Source: Dictyostelium discoideum
Taxonomy: Eukaryota
NCBI GenBank assembly: GCA_000004695.1
Contig: CM000151.3
Span: forward strand, 608,001-672,000
Length of the DNA stretch: 64,000 nucleotides
Direction: 5' to 3'
A program made the translations under genes and the position numbers. This document shows positions 12,269 through 36,691 of this stretch, piece after piece (positions within the stretch are counted from its first letter, which is position 1; each line of letters opens with the position of its first letter). The notes beneath the pieces were generated by a model. That model saw nothing but the letters and a program-made list of their open reading frames with translations, searched no databases and was not told the origin of the DNA.

Positions 12269-13713
12269 TTATATACTTGAATAACCATTTCCACCACTTG
12301 TTGAACCTGTTGCTTTTGATTTAATGAAGCCAAAACCATCAGAAATTAAACCACCTAAACTTGACCATGAATCCTTATTTGGAATTAAATCTAATCCAGA
12401 TTTTTCATTCTTAAATTTATTAATTAAAATACCACCAACTAAATAAACTGTAGTAAATGATAATAATCTATATAATATTTTTATTTTTATAATTATTAAT
12501 TATTTAATTATTTTAAATAATATAAAAAAAAAAAAAAAAACTTACATTATAATAAAAATCCAACCACCAATACCATTTTTATTATTCAAAATAATATCAT
12601 TATCACTACTATGTTGAAAATGACAACTTTCTAATAAAGTTATATTTGATAAATCTCTTTCACCTATTGGTAAAGGTGATTCAGAGTAAGCAAAACTGAA
12701 AGGACTTGAATCCAATGTAACATTATAATAATCACCATTAACATAAAGATAGAAATTTCCTTTAAATAATTCATCCAATTCTTCGATTAATCCATTGATT
12801 GTTTGATTCTTTGGTATTGAAATATTTAACATTGCTTCATAGAAACTAATTACTTCAATATTTGTTGAACCATCTTGAACATATTCAATTGATTCTCTAG
12901 TATATAATGTTACAATATCTCTAGATGCAATAATTGAATCATTTATATATTTTCCACCTAAATCTAATTAATTATATATAATTATTATATTAATATAAAT
13001 GGTATATTAATCTTAAAAATTAAAAATTAAAATATACATACTATATAAAGCATTAAAACCAGCCCAAACGAAATCATTACAAACTACACTTTTAACTAAA
13101 AGTTCATTAGTATTTCTATTTAAAACATCAAATAGTTGATAGTATGAGAGTGATTCATTATAATTTTGAGCCCAACATAAAAATGTTTCAAAGATTTCAT
13201 TATTAATTGTCATTATTTCTTTCTCTGAACTCCAATAACCTGTATTATCAATAGAATCACTAAATTGAACTTTACCACTAGTATTCCAAATGATCTCACC
13301 ATTTTCAATTTTATTTGGTAAAATTGATTCCAATACTCCTGGTACTGCTACAAAATCAACTTGATATGTTTCATTACTATTTCTATTATTATTTATTATT
13401 TATTATTATTATTATTAAAAAACAAATTAAAAATTAATACCACATATAAAAATATTTAAAACACACAATAGTGTGTGTGTTATTATTATTTTATTTTTAT
13501 TTATTTTTTTTTTTTTCAATTTGATTGAACATACAAAGAATAAAAACCTAAACCACTATGAAAAGCATTAACATTTGCTAATAATGTTCCAAATTTTGAA
13601 AAAAATAATGGAGCTTCTAAATATAAAACAACAATCTCATCTGTATCTGTAAACCCTCTAACACTTTGTAAAATTGATATTAAAAATAAAATAAATATTA
13701 TAATTTTATTCAT
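12269..13713 (-). CDS. cln5: CLN5-like (ceroid-lipofuscinosis neuronal protein 5 homologue) lysosomal/secreted glycoprotein; join(13535..13713,13042..13376,12546..12963,12269..12467)
   Basis: N-terminal signal peptide (MNKIIIFILFLISILQSVRG). Donors GTATGT (13534), GTATGT (13041) and GTAAGT (12545). Acceptors aaatag, aattag (or atttag 6 nt later) and tatatag. Many N-x-S/T sites. The segment CWAQNYNESLSYYQLFDV...CNDFVWAGFNALYS aligns with the human CLN5 core (KWVKQDNETGIYYETWNV...CSKFVLRTFNKLAEFG) as recalled from memory. The C-terminal exon adds a hydrophobic segment (LLSFTTVYLVGGILI). Confidence 0.5.
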
Positions 13714-14206
13714 TTTTAAAATAATTGTTTGATGTATTTTATTTTATTTTATTTTTTAATTATTATTGTTTTTATTTATTCTAATTTATTTTATTTTTTT
13801 ATTTTTATTTTTTATTTTTATTTATTTATTGATTGTTTGGTTGTGTGTGTAAAAAAAAAAAAAAAAAATTATTTATCTTATATATACATGATTATTTAAA
13901 AATAAATTATTGTAAATTATTGAAACCGAAAATATCATAAAAAAAAGTGATGTCGAAATAAAAAAAAAAAAAAAAAAAAAAAGTAAAAAAAATAAAATTA
14001 AAATTAAATTAAAAAAAAAAAAAAAATATGGATAAAGACAATGTTTTTTCAAATAAAAAATCTTTTTTATCAAAAAAATGAGTTTAAACTTTTCTTTTTC
14101 CTTTTTTTTATTAGTCACTTTTTTTTTTTTTTTTAATCACTTTTTTTTTTTTTTTGACTACTTTTTTTTTATTTTTATTTTTATTTTTATAATTTTGTTT
14201 AATATA

Positions 14207-23494
<9,288 letters not shown>

Positions 23495-23709
23495 TTTCTT
23501 TTATTTTAAAATTATTATTATTATTATTATTATTATTATAATTATTATTTTATTTTATTTTATTTTTACATAAAATATATAATATATTAACTAATATAAT
23601 ATAAAATGTATATTATATAAAAATAATTATATGTTTTTTTTTCTTTTATATTTAGTTCGTGGTTGAAGTGAGATAAAAATTAAAAATAAAAATAAAAAAA
23701 AAAAAATTA

Positions 23710-23740
<31 letters not shown>

Positions 23741-24124
23741 TTAAAATTTGAAAAAAAAGCCATGTTTTCTTTAAATTAAAAAAAAAAAAAATCCATTTTT
23801 AAAAATAAAATAATTAAAAAACTAAAATCCAATACTAAGACCATTTTATCAGAAGAAATAAATTAATTCAAAAAATATTAATTTAATTTAACAAAAGAAA
23901 ATTTATTATAATTTTCTTTTTTTTTTTTTTTTTTTTGGACTTATTTTGTGGTGCCTTTTAAAAAATCTCGTTAAAAATAAAATTAAATTTTAACTTTTTT
24001 ATTTTTTTTTTTCCGAATTATTTTGTAGTGCCTTTTTAAAACCTTTTAAAAAAATAAAAATAATTTTTTGGAAGAATTTTTTTTTTTTTTTTTTTATTTT
24101 TACAAATAAAAAAAAAAAAAAAAA

Positions 24125-25298
<1,174 letters not shown>

Positions 25299-25590
25299 GT
25301 TTCAATCATTTTTTTTGATTCTTTATTCCCAATTGCATCTTTTACCCTTAATAATTATTTTAATTTTTCAAATCCATCAATTCAATATTTTTTTTTTTAT
25401 CTTTGAATAAATTAATTATTAATTATTGGTAATTAATTAATAAAAAAAAATGTGTTTTAAAAAAATGTTTTTTTTTTTATTTTTTTTTTTTTTTTTATTT
25501 TCTTTTTTTTTTTTTTTTTGTGGTTTATAAAAATTTTAATAATAATAATAGTTTAAAAAAAAAAAAAAAACAACTATATATTAACATTTT

Positions 25591-25625
<35 letters not shown>

Positions 25626-26099
25626 CACTTTATTTTGGTGCAAAGATATCTATATTTATGTATAGTTGTTTTTATTTTTTTTTTTTTTATTTATTTATTT
25701 TTTTTTTTTTTTTTTTTTTTTTTTTCTTTTAATATTAAAATCCATTCCAATATTGATGTGAATCGTAGTTTAAATGGAAATAATCTAACCTAATTTTAGA
25801 TTAATAAATTTCCTATTCAAAGAATCTAATCCTTTCAAAATTTAATTTTTTTTTTTTTTTTATTTTTTATTTTTTAATTTTTAATTTTTTTTTTTTTTTT
25901 CTCACTCTTTTTTTTTTTTCCTCATTCTTTTTTTTTCTTTTTTTTTTTTTTTTATTAAAATCTAAAATTACTTTTGCTTAAACACTGTTTACCCCTAATC
26001 AAGTTATTTTCAAATCCAGATTCGAATTTAAAATAATTATTTAATAATCCGTTTAATAAAAAAAAAGAAAAAAAAAATCAAAAAAAAAAAAAAAAAAAA

Positions 26100-26140
<41 letters not shown>

Positions 26141-26462
26141 AAAAAAAAACTTTTTTTTAAAAAAAAAAAAAATCAAAAAAAAATCAAATAAAAATAAAAT
26201 TGTTAAAACACACAAACACATAAATTTCACTATTTTACACTTTTTTATCATATATTATAATTAATAAACAAAGTAGAATACACATTCTTTTATACCTAAA
26301 ACAACATACACATATAATTCAATTCGATTCAATACAAAACAAAACAATACAATTCAATTCAATTCAATTCAATTCAATTCAATTCAATACATACGATACG
26401 ATACGATACAATAGAATACCCTAAATAAATACACACACATATATATAGTCATACATTTTAAA

Positions 26463-28022
<1,560 letters not shown>

Positions 28023-28157
28023 ACCAACAAATCACCAAAAAAAAAAGAAAAAAATAGAAAAAAAAAAAAAAAAAACAAAAAACAGAAAAAAAAAAGAAAA
28101 CAAAAATACCAATAATCAAAGAAATGTATATATATATATTTTTTTTTTTTTTAAAAA

Positions 28158-28201
<44 letters not shown>

Positions 28202-28542
28202 ATTAATCATGAAAATAAATATAATAATAAAAAAAAATAAAATAAAAGGTAATAATAATATTAATAATCTGTAAAAAGTCCATTTATATTCTTTAAAATA
28301 AATAAATAAAATAATTAAAAAAAAAAAAATTAAACAATCTCATTTCTTTATATTTTATTTAATGCGACTTAAATTTTAAACAAAAAAAAAAAAAAAAAAA
28401 AAAAATTGTCGTGTATGTTTATGATCAAACAATAAAATAAAATAAAAAAAAAAAAAAAAAAGTCGTTATTGATCTTTAATGAGTTGTGTTGTGGTTTACA
28501 CGTCGTTTGGATTTTTATTTATTCAAATATTTTTGATTTTTT

Positions 28543-28584
<42 letters not shown>

Positions 28585-29162
28585 AAATGTGTCATGTTGC
28601 AAATCTGATATTCGAATAAAAAACAATAAAATTTTTATTTTTAAAAAAAATGATTAAAAAAAAAAATAAAAAAATAAAAAAAAAAAAACCATTAAAACTC
28701 GCAAAGAAAAAAATAAAATGAAAAAAAATATTTTAAAGAAAAAAAAAAAAAAAAAATTAATAGAAAAAAAAAAAAACTAAAAAAAAAAAAAAAGAATTAA
28801 TAAAATCTTCAATAATTTCGTATTTTTTTCTGTACAAATCATAATTTATTTTAAAAAATATCTATTATAAAAAACGGCAATAGTTAAAAAAAAAAAAATG
28901 AAAAAATTTTGAGAAAAATAGATTTTTACTCTAAAATAAAAATCTAAAACTGTTTTTTTTCATTCATTAAATTACCAAAACATTTATTTTTATTTTTTTT
29001 TTCTTTTTTTTTTTTTCCTCTAAATTTTAACTAGATTTTTTTTAATCATTTTTTTTTTTTTTAATCACTTTTTTTTTTATTTAAAATTAACTCTATATAC
29101 TCTATATAAAAAAAAAAAAAAAAAATAAAAAAAAAAAAAAAAAAATAAATAAAAATAAAAAG

Positions 29163-31576
29163 ATGAGTACTTTAGAACAATATCTTAAAGTTATTGGATT
29201 AAAATCTTATAAAGATTTAATGATTGATAATGGTTAGTTTAATAAAATTAAAATTAAAATTAAAATTAAAATTTTACCAAAATAAAATAAATTTATAAAT
29301 TTTTTTTTTTTTTTTTTTTTTTTCTCCCCAAACCCCAAAAAAAATAAAATTTTTTTGTAGGATATGACGATCCAGAATTAATTTCAGAATTAACAGAAGA
29401 TGATTTGGTTGCAATTAATGTAAAAAGAGGGCATGCAAAACGTGCATTTTTAAAAGCTAAAGAATTGGCAGGTAAACAAAATGAAAGTTCAGCTAAATCA
29501 CCAGATGTTTCATCATCAACAACAACAGCATCAACATCATCATCATCATCATCATCAACATCAGCACCAGTTGAAGAAAAGAAAAGAACAACAACAATTA
29601 GTATTGGTAAAAAAGGTGAAGATAATGATGATGATGATGAAGAAGAAGAGAAAGCTTCATATAGTGGTCCAATTTTACAAAGTAAAGTATTGAATGAAGG
29701 TTTCATTCAAAAGAAAGGTAATGAAGGTTTCTTTGGTTCAAAGATGTTTCAAAAGAGATATTTTAAAATTTATGAAGAAGGAAGATTGGCATATTTTAAG
29801 AATCAAAATGATGTTTCACCAATTGGTGTTATCGAGATGAAAGGTGCATTGGCATGCGAAGATATGGAGGGAAAGCCACAAGGATTTAAATTATCCATGA
29901 AAACAAGCGCACGTGTTTATTGGTTAGTTGCAATGACCAATGACCAAAAACAAAAGTGGGTATCCGTTATCAAACAGCAAATCACCCCACCAGCCGTACC
30001 AAAACCAATAGATCCAAATGAAATCAGACCATACTTACAAAACACTGAAGAACCACCACAATGTGCCTCCACCCGTTTCGATGCATCCAATTCATGGGAT
30101 GCCATTGAAAAACAAATTATCGAGGGTCAAATTCGTTTACATATTCATAGTAATGGTGATTTATTCGTAGAGGAGACTCGTTCAATTGAAGTTGGTGAGG
30201 AGGGTTTAGTTTGGATTGAAGATTTACCAAAATCAATTGACGATCGTACAGTTCATTTCCAATCATTCACAGAGCCAACTGCTTTCGTCTCTGAACAAAC
30301 CTATCATAATGATGCAAAAACTCCAGAAAGAATGTTATCAAAATTAATTGGTAAAGAAATTCAAGTTTCAGTACCACGTGATGACCATTTCGATGAACCA
30401 TTATTACTTAAAGGTCAACTCATTTATAATGCAAATGATTCAACCTATGCTCTTCAAGATAAAGAAACCAATACAATTCATTTCCTTAAAACCGATGAAG
30501 CCATTAGTTATAATCTATTGGATACCACTACAATCGATCCAATCTTTAGAAATTCATCATTGGAATGGAATATTAATGGTAAAGAACCAAAACATTTATC
30601 AAAGATTTCTTACAATTCTAAAGATCTTTTCAAATGGAATGCTACTTATGTTTCTGTACTTAATCCAAGAGAAACTGAAATGGAAATTAGAGGTTGGTTT
30701 ACCATTGAAAATGAGTCTGGTAAAACTTTTAACAATTCAAATGTAATTCTAGTTAGAGAACCAGAGGAAAAGAAAAAAGATGAAGAAAAGACCGATGAAT
30801 CCGCCTTACCAATTGGTTTACCAAAATTGGGTGGATTCGGTTTAAAACTTCCAAAGATTGGTGGATTCGGTGGTGATTCAGAAACACCAGTACCAGAGAA
30901 GCGTATCTATCGTTATGAAGTCCCTCATAAAACTACACTCAGAGATGGCGAATCTAAACAAATCTGTTTTGTCAGTACTAAATTACCAGTAAAGTCTTTT
31001 GATTTCATCACTTTTGCAACACCAAATTATCAAAAGTATGCTATGATCGGTAAAGATCAAGGTGCAAATGCTGCCTCTTCAGTTAATTCATCGGTTACTT
31101 TCACTTGGAATTTACCATACTCAATTCCAGCTGGTCAAATGAAATTACAAAGACAATTAAAAGATAAATTTGGTTCCGATATTGTAAATACTTTTGATAT
31201 CGCTCATTATAACCCAACTGATATCATTTCATTACCACTTCAACCATTGGGTAAAGTTTCTTCAACTCGTACCCAAACTGGTTTTAACTTTGATCTCAAT
31301 GGTTTATTCATTGTTGAAACCTATGAAATTCGTGTAAACAATGGTCGTGAAGAACCAATTAAAATCACTGTTGAAGAATCTTTATACCGTTCAACTTTCT
31401 GGGAAATCACTAGTAGTAGTCATAAATTCACTCCACATCCAACTCATTCTCGTAAAATTCATTGGCAATTATCAATTCCACCACTTGATGGTGAAGTAAT
31501 TAAATATTCTGTATTTTATAGTGGTTTAAATTTACCAGCAAGTATGACTGCTAAAAAAGATGAAAAAACTAATTAA
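29163..31576 (+). CDS. SAM-domain + PH-domain protein with large conserved C-terminal region, ~762 aa; join(29163..29232,29361..31576)
   Basis: Exon 1 encodes MSTLEQYLKVIGLKSYKDLMIDN (SAM start). Donor G|GTTAGT at 29233; acceptor ttgtag at 29360. Exon 2 continues GYDDPELISELTEDDLVAINVKRGHAKRAFLKAKEL (SAM). A Ser/acidic linker follows, then a PH-like region (GFIQKKGNEGFFGSKMFQKRYFKIYEEGRLAYFKN...WLVAMTNDQKQKWVSVIK). The C-terminal 500 aa have no homopolymers. The ORF track covers 29405..31576. Confidence 0.75.
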
Positions 31577-31767
31577 TTTTAATAAATAAATATAAATATA
31601 AAAATAAATAAATAAATAATAATAAATAATAAAAATAAAAATAATAATTTAAAATGATTTTAAATAATAATAAAAGTTTTTTTTTTTTTTTTTTTTTTTT
31701 TTATTTTATTTTAATTTTAATAGTTTTTTTAAAAATAGGCATTTTGCTCAAACAATTTTAAATTTTT

Positions 31768-32024
31768 TTAAAGATGGGCATTTTGTTTAGCAGTTCCAAC
31801 TACAAAATAATTTGGTTTCCATCCTTGAGTATTATTATTATTATGGTTAAATAAATTATTTTGATTATTAATATTTTTATTTATTATAAAATTATTATTT
31901 AAATTTTTATTATTTGAACCTAATGAAAGTATAGTTTCTTATAAAAAAGAAAATTATATAATTAGAATAAAAATTTTTTTTTTTTTTTCTAAATTTTAAA
32001 TAAAAACTTACTAAGAATTGACAT
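31768..32024 (-). CDS. micro-gene family member a (54 aa); join(32012..32024,31768..31919)
   Basis: Exon 1 ATG TCA ATT CTT A + GTAAGT; acceptor cattag. C-terminus ...TQGWKPNYFVVGTAKQNAHL. Same exon-1 length and phase as the other five members. Confidence 0.45.
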
Positions 32025-32469
32025 TTTAGTTTTTGTAAATAAAATAATTAATTAATTATTATTTATAATAAAATTAAATTTTTCTTTTTTTTTTTTTATT
32101 GATTTAATAAAAACAATTGATTTAAATAGAATTAAAATTTACCAAAAAAAAAATAAAAAAATAAAAATATAATAAATAAAAAAATAAAAATTATTAAATT
32201 AATTATATTATTAAACATTCATTAAATTATTTTTTGTTACATTTTTTTTTTCCAAAAATAAATTTGAGATTGAGTCTAGATCAATTACAACAATAACGAG
32301 TCAAAGTTCATTTAGATTTCATATTTTTTTTAATATTTCACCATTCAAAATAATGTTTTATAAAAATAAACATAAAATTACAAAAAAACAAAAAAAATCA
32401 CTCACAATTTTTGGGGTTTTTACAATTAAATACATTTAACACACTTTAATGGTACCATTAAGTGTATGA

Positions 32470-32522
<53 letters not shown>

Positions 32523-32692
32523 GATTACATTTTTTATCTTGCTTTGTTTTCTTTTTTTTCTTTTTTTTAATTTTATATTAATAATTAAATTAAAAAGAAA
32601 AATGATTATTAATAAATAATAAAATTAATTAGACTGAAAAAAAAGTTTTTTAATTTTTTTTTTTTTATTTTAATTTTTTGAAATATTTTTTT

Positions 32693-32960
32693 TTATATAT
32701 AAGCAGGAACTTGGACTGGTCCTAAAAATATAATAGTGGGCATTTTCCATTTTTGAATATTATTATTATTATTAAAATTATTATTATATTTGTCATTGGG
32801 ATTTGAATAAATGGTATTTTCCATATTTATTTTATTGTTTTTATTCAAAAATTTAATAATATTTTCTAGTAAAAATTATTTAATATTAGTTTAAATGTAA
32901 AAATTATAATTTTTTCATATAATTTTATTATAAATAAAGATACCAACCAAAAATTGCCAT
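32693..32960 (-). CDS. micro-gene family member b (61 aa); join(32948..32960,32693..32865)
   Basis: Exon 1 ATG GCA ATT TTT G + GTTGGT (weak donor); acceptor ttactag. Protein MAIFENIIKFLNKNN...IQKWKMPTIIFLGPVQVPAYI. The ORF is uninterrupted and the N-terminus MAI[LF]EN[LI]I is shared with member e. Confidence 0.45.
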
Positions 32961-33062
32961 TTTTTTTTTTTTTTAATTTTTTATTTTTAATTTTTTTATT
33001 TTTATAATAAATTTGATGTTATACTTGTTTTTTTTTTGTTATTTGATATATAACAAGATTAA

Positions 33063-33097
<35 letters not shown>

Positions 33098-33723
33098 TTT
33101 ATTAAAAAAAAAAAAATAAAAAATAAAAAAAATATAATAAATAAATAAATAAATATTTATAATAATAAAACAAATGGTGGAATCAAATATTAAATATTTT
33201 ATTCGATTTAATATGTGCAAAAACAGTAGCAGAATACCAATGAATCACATCGTTATTTTATGCGTTCAACCACCCTTTTTCACAAAAAATGATAGTTTTA
33301 CTTTCAGAACACCCAAACACACTTTGTAAAAAAAATAAAAAAAAAAAAACAATTAAAAAGGATTTAATATTTTACAAAAAAAAAAAATAAAAATGAGTTT
33401 TTATTGATCTGATATATTAAATGCTCATATAGAAAAAATAATCCGATTTAAAAATAGAATCATTATATATAGTAATAATAACATACAAAAACACGTTATT
33501 TGATAAACAAATTGAGATTGAATCTCAATAAAAAATTCAGCCAGAAATGGAAAAAAAAAAAATATATTTTAATTACCCATCTTTTTTTTTTTTTCACATA
33601 ATCATTTTATCGAGATTTAAAGGTTAATAAAATGTAATATTTTTTTTTTACTATTTTTCTTTTTTTTTATAAAAAATAATATAATTTTTTAGACTTATAT
33701 AGAAAAAAAATTATATTTAGATT

Positions 33724-33755
<32 letters not shown>

Positions 33756-34592
33756 CTAGTGAAATTTCATTTTTTTTTCATTTTTTTTTTTTTTTTAAAT
33801 CAACTAACTTCTAATAATGATTATGATAAAATTAACAATGATTTATACTTTTCTACTAAAATCAATTTTTATTTCGTGTGTGTGTGTGTGTATGTTTATT
33901 GTGAAAATAAAAAAAAAAAAAAAAAAAAAAAGCTAATCCAATTATAAAAAGATATTATTTTAACGTTGAAGAAAACAGAAAAAAAGATATTATTAACGTT
34001 AAAAAATTTTTTTTTAAGAGTAAAGATTTTTTTTTTTTTTTTTTTTTATATATTAAAAAGTAAACAAAATGTGTATATAGAATTAATCAAATATTAGAGT
34101 CTAAAAAATCAATATTTCAAACTAGATCAAAGTATAAAAATGATTTTTTTTTTTTTTGAAGTTCAAAATCATTTTTTTCATTTTATTTCTCATAAAAAAA
34201 AAAAATTAAAAAATAAAAAAAAAAAATAAAAAAAAAAAAAATAATTCATTAAAGATAAAAAACACACAACATGAAATAATTTTTTTTTTTTATATAAATA
34301 TATTCATTCACCAACACTTTCTAAATGTAATGTTTCTTTTTATTTGCTTTTAAAATAATTCTCTTTGGTATCCTTTTATTAAATTTTCAAAAGGTAAGGT
34401 ATTTTAAAACGAAAGTTCAATTTTTTTTTAATTTTTTTTTTGTTAAAAAGGATAAATTTAAAATATAATTAATATAATATAAAATAAAAAAAATAAAAAA
34501 AAATACAGTTGTGACAAACAATCAAAACTATACTTTTTTATAAATTATAATTTAAAAGCAAGTTTTTTTTTTTTTGGAAATAATTGTTTTTT

Positions 34593-34641
<49 letters not shown>

Positions 34642-34699
34642 GTTATTAATTAAATAAATAAATTATTATATTCTAATGATGGTATATTTATTAGTTAGC

Positions 34700-35830
34700 A
34701 TAAAGGATAGATTTAAAGAATCCCATGGAAAAAGGTCAACCAAGACCACAGTTAACACAATCAACAATCATCACCTTTACCAATAATATCAACAACAACA
34801 ACTAGAAAGAATCACTCAAGGAGCAGTACATAAAGGTTATTATTAGTTAATATTGGATGAATTGAATTTGGCACACTCTGAAGTGTTGGGGGGGGGGGGG
34901 CACTAAATCATCTTTTGAATGAATATTTCTCTACCATCGATTTACAAGAAATCTAAAGTTATTGATGTCATTGATAGTGACTAATGGCGATCATTTAATT
35001 GGCAAATATTTTAATTGGTTTAGAACTACTCTTACATAAATCTTTAGAATGGGAATCACCAAAAGATCCAGAGCAACCATTAGACGATAAAGGTAAAAAC
35101 ACTTGGTAGTAAATCAAATGTTTCAAACACTGATAAAGAGATGAAAGATGAATCTAATCAAGATAATGCTGATGACTTAAATAGTGGTAGACTCAACCAA
35201 CTTCATCTGAAAATGATACAGGTAGATACTCTTAAAAATCTTAAATTTCAACTACCACCACTACCACCACAATCAAGTGCATAACAACCGCTAAAGAAAC
35301 AAAAAACAAGTTGATAAAAATCCATGTAGATCAATGGGTGATGCAAATTATGAGTTAAAGAAATGTTTAAATCTTAAACAAGAGCAAGAGGAACAATCAT
35401 GAACCAAAAGAAAAAGCACCAAATGCCAAAGAAAATGAAAATGAAAATCAAGATCATGAATTCATTAAAGATGATGAAAAACTTTATAAAGATTAAGAAA
35501 CCGATCAAGCTTTAGCCGCACTCTCAGTAGTAGTTACAAGATATTCCACTAAATAAAGCTAAAGATGATCAAGCAGAACAAGAAGAGGATCAAATGGATA
35601 TCGAAAATGAATCATTCATAATAGATTCGATTGAATCTAAAGGATATGAAGAGATTGGTGGAGGCACAACAAAGAATTGTTTTCAATTTGAAAACATTAA
35701 CTGGATTTTTTAAATCACCACTTTCTTGTTGTTACTTTTTTTCAAAGTGAAATTTCACAAAATAAAAGAAATGAAGTAATTCAATAAATAAAGAATTTTT
35801 AAATTAAGCTGATTTGGGAAGATATTTTCC
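34700..35830. repeat. GC-richer degenerate coding-like segment (decayed gene or transposon relic); its sub-segments recur at 54556-54770 and 48560-48745
   Basis: Codon-like composition but with stop codons in all frames. About 85% identity for 35215-35320 and 35525-35600 versus 54556-54700. About 85% identity for 35690-35810 versus 48640-48745 (the ...tttttaaatcaccactttc...gtgaaatttcacaaaataaaagaaatgaag... block). Confidence 0.5.
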
Positions 35831-36310
35831 CCATTTTTTTTTTTTTTTTTTTTAATAAAAGTTTATTTTTAGAATTTAAAAAAAAAAGAGTGTGGGGATA
35901 TATTTTTTATTTTTTTATTTTAATTTTTTTTTTTAAAAAAGAAAATATCTTTTTTTTTTTAAAAGTTTTTCAATTTCAACTAAAAATAATATTAAGCACA
36001 ATTGAGTAACTATTTTTTTTTTTTTTTTATTTATTTATTTATTTGTTTTTAGTGAATGAAGTAAAACTATAATAATACAGTTAGAGAAAAAAAAATAAAA
36101 AGATATTTAGATAGATATATAGATAATAGAAATAGGATATAGATTGATTTTTAGATTACAGATTGATTTTGATTTTTAGATTACAGATTGATTAATTTAG
36201 TTTAGTGTACTGTAGTGTAATTTGGTTTAGTTTAGTTTGAATTGAATTGAATAATATTGGATTTAGATATAGTATTTTGATTCAATTATTTATTACTAGT
36301 TTATTATTAT

Positions 36311-36659
36311 TTAATCATTATGTTCTTTGAAATAACGTCTAATGAGTGGGAATCTAGATAATTTCTTTAAGAAATCATAGTAAGGACTTTTAGGACCTTT
36401 TGGAGCTCTTTGATCACCAAATGTGTAATGTTTAGAGATTTGAGTAGCATGCTTTGCACGAACTTTTAGACGTAAATTATCAAGATATCTAAATGCTCTT
36501 CTTTGTTTTTTCTCTTGCAAATAGCTCTCAAGATATTCTTTTCCGATTTAGAAAATGTATGCTAAAAATATTATAAATACAACAATACCAGCATACATTC
36601 CAATTGGAAATTCTGTTGTTTCCTTTTCACCATAACTAATTGTTGATTCATCTTTACAA

Positions 36660-36691
<32 letters not shown>

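Noticed and set aside
13873-14118. ORF 13873..14118 (minus) between the CLN5-like and BEACH genes
   Set aside because: Poly-F/K translation of a poly-A/T intergenic tract.
28440-28620. GC-containing patch in the kinase 3' flank as a small RNA gene
   Set aside because: No recognisable snRNA/snoRNA boxes or stable conserved structure could be established by eye. It is left as 3' UTR.
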